Assembly (NCBI GenBank): GCA_963845145.1
Contig: CAWJQU010000008.1
Span: forward strand, 1 to 64,000
Source: an uncultured delta proteobacterium
Lineage (GTDB): Bacteria; Desulfobacterota; Desulfobacteria; Desulfobacterales; QNYZ01
DNA: 64,000 bases
Direction: 5' to 3'
The notes under the pieces are model-generated. The model had not been told where the DNA came from. It made no database searches and saw only the letters and a list, made by a program, of their open reading frames with translations. Both the position numbers and the translations under genes were made by a program. Of the stretch, positions 11,024 through 20,512 are shown one piece after another (positions within the stretch are counted from its first letter, which is position 1; each line of letters starts with the position of its first letter).

Positions 11024-12394
11024 ATGAAATTCCTTAACGATCAGTGTAAAACAATTTTTGATCGTATTTCAGATAGTATTTTCATGTTTGATCACATTGG
11101 TAATATTATATATGAAAACAGGGCGTTTCAGATATTGATGGAAAATTTGGGATCGGCAATTCAACGCACGGAGGCCTTGAATGAGCTACGCACACATTGC
11201 CTTGAAACAAAAAAACCGAATACAAAAGATCGGGCCGGGAATATAGATCTCGGTAACCAGGGCAAATTTAAAGTAAATGTTTATTTAATATATAATGATA
11301 AAAAAATACTTACTCACCATTTATGCCTTATTCGCCCAAAGGCTCGACGTTCTAAGACACCTCCCCCTCCTACAAATAAAACGGCATCACCAACCATCGA
11401 GGCCCCAGTTAACCTGGATCCCCACTTCAAGCTGTTGCTTGGCGAAGACGGTCGTTTTAAAAAAGCCCTTCTCATGGCTCAAAAAGCGGCACCAACAGAT
11501 TTTCCGCTTCTTATAATCGGCGAGAGTGGAACAGGAAAGGAACTTCTGGCGCGAACGATTCACCAGGTAAGCCTCAGACGAAAAGGGCCTTTTGTAGATA
11601 TCAACTGTGCGGCGATCCCGGATACCCTGGTGGAAAGCGAACTATTTGGTTATGAACGTGGCGCTTTCACTGGCGCCCAAAAATCCGGCCGCCCCGGTCT
11701 GTTTGAAGAGGCGCATCTTGGCACCCTGTTCATGGATGAGGTCGGCGATGCCTCATTGCCGACCCAATCCAAGGTACTGCGGGTATTGCAAGAAGGCCTG
11801 TTTAAAAGGGTGGGCGGCCGAAAAAATATCAGCGTCGATGTAAGGGTGATTTCTGCAACAAACCGAGATCTTTCTGAACTGATAATTGAAAAAAATTTCC
11901 GTGAAGATCTATTATATCGCCTCAATACCATCACCATTCACCTTCCTGCCCTACGCGAACGACGTTCGGACATTTCGCTCTTCACGAATTTTTTCCTGCA
12001 AAACCATGGTTCCCGTAAGAATCCACGGATGAATTTTTCAACTGAATGTATGGATATTCTCTTGTCGTACGATTGGCCCGGCAATGTTCGCGAGCTAAAA
12101 AGTGTTGTTGAATATGCCCTTATTATGTCGGACCGCCAAATCATAACTCCGGATTTCCTGCCCAGTTTTTTACTCCCCGCTCGAAGGAAAAATCCCCTCG
12201 AGAAGGCTGAAATGAAAACGACCTATGGGGCTGTGAATGAAAGCCTTGACCTAAATCAGGCCATTTTCGCACTGGAAAAAAAAATGTTCATAAAAGCCCT
12301 GCAAAGCACTTCGAACAAAAGCGAAGCGATTAAAAAACTGGGAATCAGCCGGCGGACCTTTTATAAAAAATTAAAAGTTCATGGACTAAATTGA
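11024..12394 (+). CDS. Sigma-54-dependent enhancer-binding protein (PAS-like, AAA+, Fis HTH)
   Basis: GESGTGKEL, ESELFGYERGAFTGA, FMDEVG, WPGNVREL and LGISRRTFYKKL; ATG 11024 has an RBS (ORF track starts at 10928). Confidence 0.95.
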   Translation: MKFLNDQCKTIFDRISDSIFMFDHIGNIIYENRAFQILMENLGSAIQRTEALNELRTHCLETKKPNTKDRAGNIDLGNQGKFKVNVYLIYNDKKILTHHLCLIRPKARRSKTPPPPTNKTASPTIEAPVNLDPHFKLLLGEDGRFKKALLMAQKAAPTDFPLLIIGESGTGKELLARTIHQVSLRRKGPFVDINCAAIPDTLVESELFGYERGAFTGAQKSGRPGLFEEAHLGTLFMDEVGDASLPTQSKVLRVLQEGLFKRVGGRKNISVDVRVISATNRDLSELIIEKNFREDLLYRLNTITIHLPALRERRSDISLFTNFFLQNHGSRKNPRMNFSTECMDILLSYDWPGNVRELKSVVEYALIMSDRQIITPDFLPSFLLPARRKNPLEKAEMKTTYGAVNESLDLNQAIFALEKKMFIKALQSTSNKSEAIKKLGISRRTFYKKLKVHGLN

Positions 12395-12403
12395 TTTTCT
12401 TTT

Positions 12404-12420
12404 TGTTTACTAATTATACA
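12404..12420. promoter_or_regulatory. Upstream activator site 2
   Basis: TGTTTACTAATTATACA, about 70 bp upstream of the rightward -24 element. Confidence 0.75.
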
Positions 12421-12463
12421 CAGCCGGAGCATCCAAACACCAATAAATCGAAATATAATTAAT

Positions 12464-12476
12464 AATCAGATAGTTA
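12464..12476 (+). promoter_or_regulatory. Putative IHF binding site
   Basis: AATCAGATAGTTA matches WATCARNNNNTTR, has an AT-rich 5' flank and lies between the enhancer and the sigma-54 promoter. Confidence 0.6.
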
Positions 12477-12483
12477 AAATCGT

Positions 12484-12499
12484 TGGCACGTTTGATGCT
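12484..12499 (+). promoter_or_regulatory. Sigma-54 (-24/-12) promoter of the rightward operon
   Basis: TGGCACGTTTGATGCT, near consensus TGGCACG-N4-TTGCW. Confidence 0.85.
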
Positions 12500-12555
12500 A
12501 GAAATATGGGCAGTTTCTTTATTTATTGCACCAGATAAGTGAATCAACCAATCGA

Positions 12556-13554
12556 ATGGATACGATGCCTTATCAAAAAAAGTCGTTGAGCAGTATTCAA
12601 TCTAAAAATCAACCGCCGGATGTGATTATCGTCGATTGTGGACCGAGGGATGGTCTCGCCTCCGTCCCGGGCGCCATCCCTACTGAGGAAAAATTACGTT
12701 TGATTACTGCATTGGCGGACTCCGGTTTAAAAAAAATTGACAGTGTTGCCTTTACGCATCCAAGAGTTATCCCAAAGGATTCTGATGCTGAAGATGTGAT
12801 GCGGTTGCTCCCCAAAAAAACCGGAGTGACATATATCGGTCTGGCACCAAGCGAGATCGGATGCCGTCGTGCCGTGGATACCCCGATAGATGAGGTGCTC
12901 ACTCTGGTTGCAGCCAGCCCCGCATTCAGCAAAGCTGCGCTGGGCCAAACCACCAAGGAAGTTATCAATAAAACGCTTCCAACCTTAATTGATGTCGCAT
13001 CCCAGGGGGGGAAGCAGGTCAGAGCATACGTTCTGACAGCGTTCGGTTGTCCATATGCCGGTTCGGTCGAATCGGAAACTGTGGTGGAGATTGTATCGCG
13101 ACTCGACCATATGGGGACATGTGAAATTTCACTGGTAGACAACACAGGAATGGCCAATCCATTTCAGGTAAAGCAATTGGCCGGGCGTCTTTTAGATATG
13201 AACCTTGGCTCCCGGCTGGCAGTGCATTTTCATGATACCAGGGGCATGGCCATGGCCAATACCATTGCCGCCTATGAAGCGGGTATCAGAACTTTTGATA
13301 CAGCCGTCGGAGGGTTAAGCGGCACACCCTTTGGTGCACCTAAAATGGAATTAGGCCGCTGGAACGTTGCGACGGAAGATCTGGTCCATGTCCTGGAATG
13401 CATGGGGGTTCATACGGGTATCAATCTGGAAAAATTGCTGGCCTGTGTACGTATAGCTGAAAAATTGGCGGGGCGAACCTTACCAGGCCATATTATGCGA
13501 TCCGGTCTTAACACAACATTGTCCCCAATTCCGGGACATCTACAGATGCGTTAG
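12556..13554 (+). CDS. HMG-CoA lyase-like DRE-TIM metallolyase (non-canonical)
   Basis: GPRDGL, AFGCPYAG, HFHDTRGMA and NVATEDLV motifs; signature GLGGCP reads GLSGTP. Confidence 0.88.
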   Translation: MDTMPYQKKSLSSIQSKNQPPDVIIVDCGPRDGLASVPGAIPTEEKLRLITALADSGLKKIDSVAFTHPRVIPKDSDAEDVMRLLPKKTGVTYIGLAPSEIGCRRAVDTPIDEVLTLVAASPAFSKAALGQTTKEVINKTLPTLIDVASQGGKQVRAYVLTAFGCPYAGSVESETVVEIVSRLDHMGTCEISLVDNTGMANPFQVKQLAGRLLDMNLGSRLAVHFHDTRGMAMANTIAAYEAGIRTFDTAVGGLSGTPFGAPKMELGRWNVATEDLVHVLECMGVHTGINLEKLLACVRIAEKLAGRTLPGHIMRSGLNTTLSPIPGHLQMR

Positions 13555-13607
13555 CGGATTTACGGGTAAGTAGATCGAAGTTTTAGAACACAAGGTGGTA
13601 TACGCTT

Positions 13608-15164
13608 ATGAACATGGGGCTACATTTGACGCGTGCAGCGCAATCTTTTGCTGAACGAACCGCTATCATTGATGAAAAAAAACGATTTACCTTTCGAACT
13701 TTCAATGAGAATGTGAATCGGTTGGCCCATGGCATGATGGCGTTAGGTCTAAAAAAGGGAGATCGAGCGGCCATGCTGACATTAAACTGCCATCAATTGC
13801 TTGAAGCATTTTACGCCTGTTTTAAAATCGGTGTGGTGGCCGTTCCATTTAACAACCGCGTTTCCATGGAAGAAATCATTCGAATGTTGGATCACGCCGA
13901 GGCTTTGGCTTTGTTCATCGGCCCGGAATTTGTCGATCGCATTGATTCCTTAATTTCAAAGATTAAATCCGTGCGACATTATATTGCATTCTTATCCCCT
14001 CCCCCATCCATGCTTGCGTATGAGGAACTATTAAACTATTCAAAAGCTGAGCCAGGGATTGATATCGGCTTAGAGGATTTAGCCGAACTGCGATATACCT
14101 CTGGCACAACTGGCGTCATGAAGGCAGCCATGCTTCCCCACCGCTCTTTGCTGGCCAAAGCCCGGAAACATATGCTCGTCCCTGGCATCGAAATTGAGAT
14201 CGATAGCACCATTTGCCACATCGCCCCAGTAACCCACGCCAGCGGCGGGTGGGTCTTACCGTTTATTTCGCGTGGGGGGTGCAACGCATTACTTCCCCAT
14301 TTCGACGCTCGAACGTTATTGGAGACCATCGAATCTGAACGGGTGACACACTTGTTCGTTGTACCGACCATGTTGAAAATCATGATGGACTACCCGAAAT
14401 TATCCGACTTTGACCTTAGCAGTATTCGAACAATTGTATACGGGGCGTCTCCTATGCCGTCCGGTCAGATAAAGCGAGCCATCGAAATGTTCGGCCCAGT
14501 ATTTGTTCAAGGATATGGCCAGAGCGAAACGGGATCGGGATTTATCTTCCTTCACAAGGAAGACCATGACTGCGAAGAAGACCCTGTTAAATTGAAGCGG
14601 TTAACATCGGTGGGTTTGCCGAGTTTCGAGTGCGATGTAAAACTCGTAGACATTCGGGGCAAGGAGGTACAATACGGTGAGGTGGGTGAAATCGTTCAAC
14701 AGGGTCCGGGCAATATGACCGGTTATTGGAAAGACCCGGAGCTTACCGCAGAAATAATGAAAGACAATTGGATCCACACCGGTGACATGGCGTATGCTGA
14801 TGAAAATGGATACATTTATATAGTGGATCGCAAGTCGGATATGATCATCAGCGGCGGGTTTAACATCTACCCGGCTGAAGTGGAAAAAACGCTCAACCAA
14901 CATGAAGCCGTCACCGAAAGCGCTGTCATCGGAATACCTGATGATAAATGGGGTGAGGCTATCCAGGCATTTATCGTCCTCAAGCCGGGATCATCTGCAG
15001 ATGAGCAGGAAATACTGGAATTTTCTAAAGCCCGCATAACCGGATTTAAAAAACCGAGACACATCACTTTTGTCAAGGATTTACCCAAAGACAATCATGG
15101 AAAAATTCAAAGACGTTCGTTAAAAGAAAAATATTGGGCCGGTCAAGATCGAATGGTTCACTAA
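13608..15164 (+). CDS. Acyl-CoA synthetase (AMP-forming)
   Basis: YTSGTTG, QGYGQSE, HTGD, DRKSDMIISGGFNIYP and GKIQR motifs. Confidence 0.93.
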   Translation: MNMGLHLTRAAQSFAERTAIIDEKKRFTFRTFNENVNRLAHGMMALGLKKGDRAAMLTLNCHQLLEAFYACFKIGVVAVPFNNRVSMEEIIRMLDHAEALALFIGPEFVDRIDSLISKIKSVRHYIAFLSPPPSMLAYEELLNYSKAEPGIDIGLEDLAELRYTSGTTGVMKAAMLPHRSLLAKARKHMLVPGIEIEIDSTICHIAPVTHASGGWVLPFISRGGCNALLPHFDARTLLETIESERVTHLFVVPTMLKIMMDYPKLSDFDLSSIRTIVYGASPMPSGQIKRAIEMFGPVFVQGYGQSETGSGFIFLHKEDHDCEEDPVKLKRLTSVGLPSFECDVKLVDIRGKEVQYGEVGEIVQQGPGNMTGYWKDPELTAEIMKDNWIHTGDMAYADENGYIYIVDRKSDMIISGGFNIYPAEVEKTLNQHEAVTESAVIGIPDDKWGEAIQAFIVLKPGSSADEQEILEFSKARITGFKKPRHITFVKDLPKDNHGKIQRRSLKEKYWAGQDRMVH

Positions 15165-15180
15165 CTTTTCGGAGAAACCC

Positions 15181-15966
15181 ATGGCCTCTGATATAATATA
15201 CGTGAAAAGAGACAACAAAACTGCCACTATTACCCTGAATCGGCCAGAAAGGCTGAACGCCTTAAATATACAGTTAAAAAAAGACTTGGCCCGAATTTTT
15301 TCGAATCTGGAAGAGGATGACAGCGTATGGGTAGTAATATTAACTGGTGGATCGAAAGCCTTTTGCGCCGGTGCAGACATCAAGGAACGTTCTGAAGTTT
15401 CTCTATCAAAAAATGAGTTTTATAATGAAAGAATGAAGAACCATGAGTTTTTCAAAAAGATCGAAAATTTTAGTAAACCGGTAATCGCCGCTATCAGCGG
15501 TGTGGCAGTAGGGGGTGGCATCGAATTGGCTTTAGTTTGTGATGTTAGAATCGCTTCGGAAACTGCCCGCTTCGGATTAACGGAAGCAAAAATCGGTGCC
15601 CTTCCCAGTGGTGGAGGGACACAGAGGCTCCCGCGTCTTGTTGGCATCGCCAAAGCTAAAGAGTTGATTTTCACCGCGGATATTTTTACTGCTGAGCAAG
15701 CCGAATCAGCAGGACTGGTATCGGCAGTAGTGCCAGTGGATAAGCTTATGGCCTCAGCAATGGCATTGGCTGAAAAAATATCACGTAATGCGCCACTGGC
15801 TGTCAGAATGGCTAAAAGAGCGGTAAATTTGGGAATGGAAATGGATCTAAATACGGCACTGGATTATGAGGCCCAATGTGCTGCCAGGCTCTCCGATTCA
15901 AAGGATCGAGAAGAGGGATTCAAGGCTTTTTTAGAAAAACGTAAGCCGGAATATAAAGGGCTCTAA
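15181..15966 (+). CDS. Enoyl-CoA hydratase (crotonase)
   Basis: AFCAGADIKE, GGGIELALVCD and FGLTEAKIG (both catalytic Glu present), GGTQRLPRLVG. Confidence 0.93.
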   Translation: MASDIIYVKRDNKTATITLNRPERLNALNIQLKKDLARIFSNLEEDDSVWVVILTGGSKAFCAGADIKERSEVSLSKNEFYNERMKNHEFFKKIENFSKPVIAAISGVAVGGGIELALVCDVRIASETARFGLTEAKIGALPSGGGTQRLPRLVGIAKAKELIFTADIFTAEQAESAGLVSAVVPVDKLMASAMALAEKISRNAPLAVRMAKRAVNLGMEMDLNTALDYEAQCAARLSDSKDREEGFKAFLEKRKPEYKGL

Positions 15967-15976
15967 TGGTTGTCGG

Positions 15977-16798
15977 GTGAACACTATGGAAATGGAATTA
16001 ATCGGAAAAGTTGCATTGATAACAGGAGCAGGCCAGGGCATCGGCAGAGGGATAGCGCACATTCTTGCTCAAGAAGGTGTGAGGGTGGCCGTCAACGATT
16101 TCTTTGAAGATCGTGCTAAACATGTAGTTAAGGAAATCAGAGAAGATGGCGGTACGGCAATGGCAGTAGTTGCCGATATCACAAACCTGGATATAGTTGG
16201 GAGGATGATACATCAAATTGAAGAAACATTAGGCCCTGTAGATATTCTGGTCAACAACGCTGGTGTTCCGGTAGAGGTCAGGGCCGGAAAAATTCAGCGG
16301 ACGACCTTTGCAGACAGCACACCAGACTACTGGCGCAAACAGATAAATCTGAATTTGTATGGTTGTATGAACTGCACCCACCGCGTCCTGAAAAAAATGA
16401 TTGAAAAAAAGAATGGGAAAATCATCAATATTATTTCCGAAGCAGGCCGCATCGGTCAGGCTGATCTTTGCCTGTATGGTACTGCAAAAGCGGGTGTATT
16501 GGGATTTACCAAATCGTTGGCCAAAGAAGTCGGGATACATTGCATCAATGTTAATTGCATTTCCGTGGGTGCGGTGGCCCATGAAGGGACAAAACCCCTT
16601 TTAGATCCGGATGCCACGCCTGAGACCGATAAGACGCTTTATAAATTCCTTAAAGCCTATCCTATTGGTAAGGGCCTTGGGCGATTAGGCCGTACCCAGG
16701 ATATTGCCAATGCCGTGACCTTTCTGGCATCTCCTAAATCATGCTATATTACCGGGCAGTGCCTGAGCGTCAGTGGCGGTTTTACTATGATCGGTTAA
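15977..16798 (+). CDS. SDR, 3-hydroxyacyl-CoA dehydrogenase/BadH-like
   Basis: TGAGQGIG, NNAG, YGTAK, SVSGG. Confidence 0.88.
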   Translation: MNTMEMELIGKVALITGAGQGIGRGIAHILAQEGVRVAVNDFFEDRAKHVVKEIREDGGTAMAVVADITNLDIVGRMIHQIEETLGPVDILVNNAGVPVEVRAGKIQRTTFADSTPDYWRKQINLNLYGCMNCTHRVLKKMIEKKNGKIINIISEAGRIGQADLCLYGTAKAGVLGFTKSLAKEVGIHCINVNCISVGAVAHEGTKPLLDPDATPETDKTLYKFLKAYPIGKGLGRLGRTQDIANAVTFLASPKSCYITGQCLSVSGGFTMIG

Positions 16799-16858
16799 CA
16801 ATTATAAATTTCATGAAATGTTTTCAGAACAATTAAGTATTGTCTGGTTCAACAAAAG

Positions 16859-17307
16859 ATGGGTAATCAGATCATGAGCGATACAAGAAGGCAAACCCCC
16901 GTAAAACAAAATTTGTGGGTTCATCCAGTGGATGGTTCCGATATACCGAGACTAACAGCCTGCAAATGTACCAACTGCCATGAGCTCTTTTTTCCAAAAA
17001 AGAAAACGGCACCTGTACGTACTGTCAGGGAAATCGTTTAGAGGATATCCTTCTCGGCAATGTCGGCATAATTTACTCGTTCACTGTTGTCATGCAGCGG
17101 CCGCCGACCTTTTATCAAGGTGAGGTGCCCTATGCCATCGGTTTCGTCGAATTGCCGGAAGGCATTCGTGTGGAAACGCTGTTCACAGGTTGTGATTATG
17201 AGCAATTAGCAGTCGGTATGACCGTGCAAATGGTCGTGGAACGGTTGCATCTGGAAGAAAATGAAAATGAAGTATTGACCTATAAATTCCGTCCGATTTC
17301 CACCTGA
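16859..17307 (+). CDS. DUF35 Zn-ribbon/OB-fold thiolase partner (BbsA-like), one frameshift
   Basis: CTNC...FFP and, after a shift in the A-rich run near 17000, CTYC...GIIYSFTVV...PYAIGFVELPEG...YKFRP. Confidence 0.85.
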
Positions 17308-17419
17308 ATTTCAATTCAAAAACGACTTCAACAAAACATTACCTAATAGATTTCGAGTAAACATTCGCGGTAATTGAATAAATAATCTACTCCACCAAGA
17401 GAGAAAGGAAAGATCCATC

Positions 17420-18573
17420 ATGACAAGCCTGAGGGAAGTTGTCATTGCCGGCGTCGGGCTGACCCGGTTCGATCGTTACGATGGGAAAAAAGGAAGGCAA
17501 TCAAAAGAATATTATGATCTGGGTAGCGAGGCCATTCAATCCGCGATGGCGGATTCCGATATCGCCTGGAAAGATATTCAAGCCGCGTTCTGCGGCAGTG
17601 TCTATTGTGGCACTGCTTCAGGTCATCAAACCATCAATAAGATCGGCATGACGGCCATTCCTATCATTAATGTAGAAAATGCATGCTCAAGCGGTTCCTC
17701 AGCTTTCCGTCTAGCCTACCAAGCCATTGCCTTCGGCCAGTATGATATCGTACTGGCCGCCGGTTTTGAGCAGATGCCGACGGGATTCATCCGCAGCACA
17801 TCATGGCCGCTATGGCAGCGGTTGATGGGGTTCAATGTTCAACCAGCCAGTTACGCGCTTAAAGCTATGAAATATATGGAACGAACAGGTGCAACGCCGG
17901 AAGATTTTGCCACAGTTACTGTTAAAAACAGACACAATGGTGCTTTAAATCCAAATGCCCGGTTTCAAAAACCCGTAACCAAAGAGGAAGTCCTTGAATC
18001 TAGAATGATTGCGTCGCCATTACGTATGTTTCATGCTTGCCCACTAGCAGATGGGGGGCGGCAATAATTCTGTGCAGCAAAGAAAAACTTAAAAAAAGAG
18101 ACAAGGTTATCCATATCGCTGCTTCAGTGCATACCACCGGCACATATGGACATGAAAAAGGCGGTGGCAGCGTAAAAATTCATACGCCCAACAATGTTAA
18201 ATTGTCTGCCGAACAAGCATGGGTGGCCGCCGGTATTGGACCCAATGATATAGATGTCGTCCAGGCTTACGATACCATGGCTCCAGCGGAGCTTTGGGAT
18301 ATAGAAGAACTTGGATTATGTCCCGACGGAGAAGCGCCAAGACTTTTAAGAGAGGGGTGGTTTAATATTCAAGGTGGGCTGCCGGTGAATACAGACGGAG
18401 GCCTTATGTCTCGCGGCCATCCTTTGGGTGCCACTGGATTGGCCCAAATAATTGAACTGTTTTACCAGCTAAAAGGGAAGGCTGGATTACGGCAGGTTAA
18501 AAAGGCTAAGACCGGTTTGGCCCATTGTCGTGGCGCCATATCCAACAGCATCATTACCATCTTGAAACGCTGA
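17420..18573 (+). CDS. SCP2/BbsB-type thiolase-family protein, one frameshift in a G-run near 18055
   Basis: VENACSSGSSA, KNRHNGALNPNA and DGGLMSRGHPLGATG; adding one G restores DGGAAIIL. Confidence 0.9.
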
Positions 18574-18604
18574 TAAACGATATTTTTGATTGGGGACATC
18601 TGTT

Positions 18605-20485
18605 ATGAAAGGTTATAATGGCGCTGTACTCCGTGTGGATCTTTCACAGGGAACAACCCATATAGAGCGCCCAACTGCAGATCATTACCATAAATATATA
18701 GGTGGACGTGGATTTATTGTCTACACACTTGTAAAAGAAATTCCTCCTAATACAGACCCACTCGGTCCCCACAATCGGCTTATTTTTGCAGTGGGCCCCC
18801 TCACCGGATATTTACCGGGCGGCGGCCGCAATTCCGTTGGCGCCATGTCTCCTTTGACAAACCGCTATGGTGAATCAGAAGCTGGAGGGTTTTGGGGGAG
18901 TGAACTTAAACGTGCCGGCTTTGATGCGATCATTATTCAAGGTAAATCCCGTTTTCCGGTCTATCTTCACATTCAAAACGGGCATGTCGAGATTCGGGAT
19001 GCTTCCTCTTTATGGGGTTTGGATATCGCAGAAACCCACCTTGCTCTTCAATCGGAATTGGCCACTAAAAAATTCCGAGTTGCCAGCATCGGCACCGCAG
19101 GTGAAATCGGCGTACGCTATGCCACCATCGCCAACGATATCCGTCACGTTTACGGCCGCACTGGTATGGGTGCCGTTATGGGATCAAAACTTCTGAAATC
19201 AGTCGTCGTAAGTGGAAAAAAATTTCCACCAGTTGCACATAAGGACTGGTTGATAGACCTCTCCCGATACATGGGCAAAAACTATAAGCTATCGCCATTT
19301 TGGTTGTGCGGCACAGGCGCCGCCATGGAGCGCTATGAGGAAACCGGTAACCTTCCGGTCCGTAATTTTTCAACTCGCCGGTTTCCAGGGGTGAAAAAGA
19401 TCATGGCGCAAACCATTTGCGATAACGGTTTTTTAATAGACATGCATTCCTGCTTTGCCTGCCCCATGAGATGCAAGAAATATGTGGAAGCGGAGAAACC
19501 GTACCATGTCGATCCGATATATGGGGGGCCGGAATACGAAACACTGGCGGCGTTCGGTTCCAATTGTGGCATCGATGAATTGGGCGCCGTCCTGAAGGCA
19601 CATGAATTGTGCAACCGTTTCGGCATCGATACTATTTCCACCGGCGCCAGTATTGCATTTGCAATGGAATGTTATGAAAAAGGTATCATTACAAAAGTAG
19701 ATACTAATGGCGTAGACCTGAAATTTGGGAATGCTGTAGCCATGCTGGACATGGTTGAACAAATCGCTCATCGTCAAGGTTTTGGGGATTTACTAGCCCA
19801 AGGAACCTGCGCTGCTGCACTAAAATTAGGGAATAGAGCTTGGGAGCTAGCCATGCAGGTGGGTGGCCTTGAATTATCCATGCATGACCCCCGACACAAC
19901 CCGGGTATGGCGTTACATTACAGCATGCACGTTACCGGCGGCGATCATTGCGCCGGCATTTTTGATGATGTGGACACCACCAAGTTGAATAGATGGAATC
20001 TGAAAGGGGCCCCTCCTCTTGAACCCATCGACGCCAAGGAAATGAGCCCGGACAAAGCATATTTTCTCTACCGTGCCGGGTTTTACAGGCAGGCATGTAA
20101 CCAATTAGGTCTATGCCAGTTTTTGCCGTGGACATTTGCGCAGGTATTGGATGCAGTCGAAGCGGCTACAGGTCAACGTTATTCCTACAAAGAATTCATG
20201 GATGCCGTCAGACGATGCATAACCCTCGCACGTGTATTTAATTTGCGGCAAAACGAAACCCTCATTGAGGATAAATTACCGGAACGATTTCTCATTCCAT
20301 CAGAAGACGCTCCCCAGGGTCGTGACCCCATTGATAAAGCTCAACTCAAATCTTCTCAACGCGCTTACTATAAAAAGATGTACTGGGATTCCAATGGTGT
20401 GCCCACCCACAACGGATTAAACAAGTTGGGAATTGGATGGGCTTACGATCAGCTTAAATCGGTACTGACGACTCAATCAGTTTAA
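18605..20485 (+). CDS. aor: Aldehyde:ferredoxin oxidoreductase (tungsten AOR family)
   Basis: GRTGMGAVMGSKLLK, CFACPMRC, GPEYETL, GIDTISTG and HDPR motifs. Confidence 0.93.
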   Translation: MKGYNGAVLRVDLSQGTTHIERPTADHYHKYIGGRGFIVYTLVKEIPPNTDPLGPHNRLIFAVGPLTGYLPGGGRNSVGAMSPLTNRYGESEAGGFWGSELKRAGFDAIIIQGKSRFPVYLHIQNGHVEIRDASSLWGLDIAETHLALQSELATKKFRVASIGTAGEIGVRYATIANDIRHVYGRTGMGAVMGSKLLKSVVVSGKKFPPVAHKDWLIDLSRYMGKNYKLSPFWLCGTGAAMERYEETGNLPVRNFSTRRFPGVKKIMAQTICDNGFLIDMHSCFACPMRCKKYVEAEKPYHVDPIYGGPEYETLAAFGSNCGIDELGAVLKAHELCNRFGIDTISTGASIAFAMECYEKGIITKVDTNGVDLKFGNAVAMLDMVEQIAHRQGFGDLLAQGTCAAALKLGNRAWELAMQVGGLELSMHDPRHNPGMALHYSMHVTGGDHCAGIFDDVDTTKLNRWNLKGAPPLEPIDAKEMSPDKAYFLYRAGFYRQACNQLGLCQFLPWTFAQVLDAVEAATGQRYSYKEFMDAVRRCITLARVFNLRQNETLIEDKLPERFLIPSEDAPQGRDPIDKAQLKSSQRAYYKKMYWDSNGVPTHNGLNKLGIGWAYDQLKSVLTTQSV

Positions 20486-20512
20486 GAATAAGTACCTGCC
20501 CTAATTCGAATT

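Noticed and set aside
18045..18067. Programmed frameshift or phase variation at the thiolase G-run
   Set aside because: Only six G; indistinguishable from the widespread homopolymer errors
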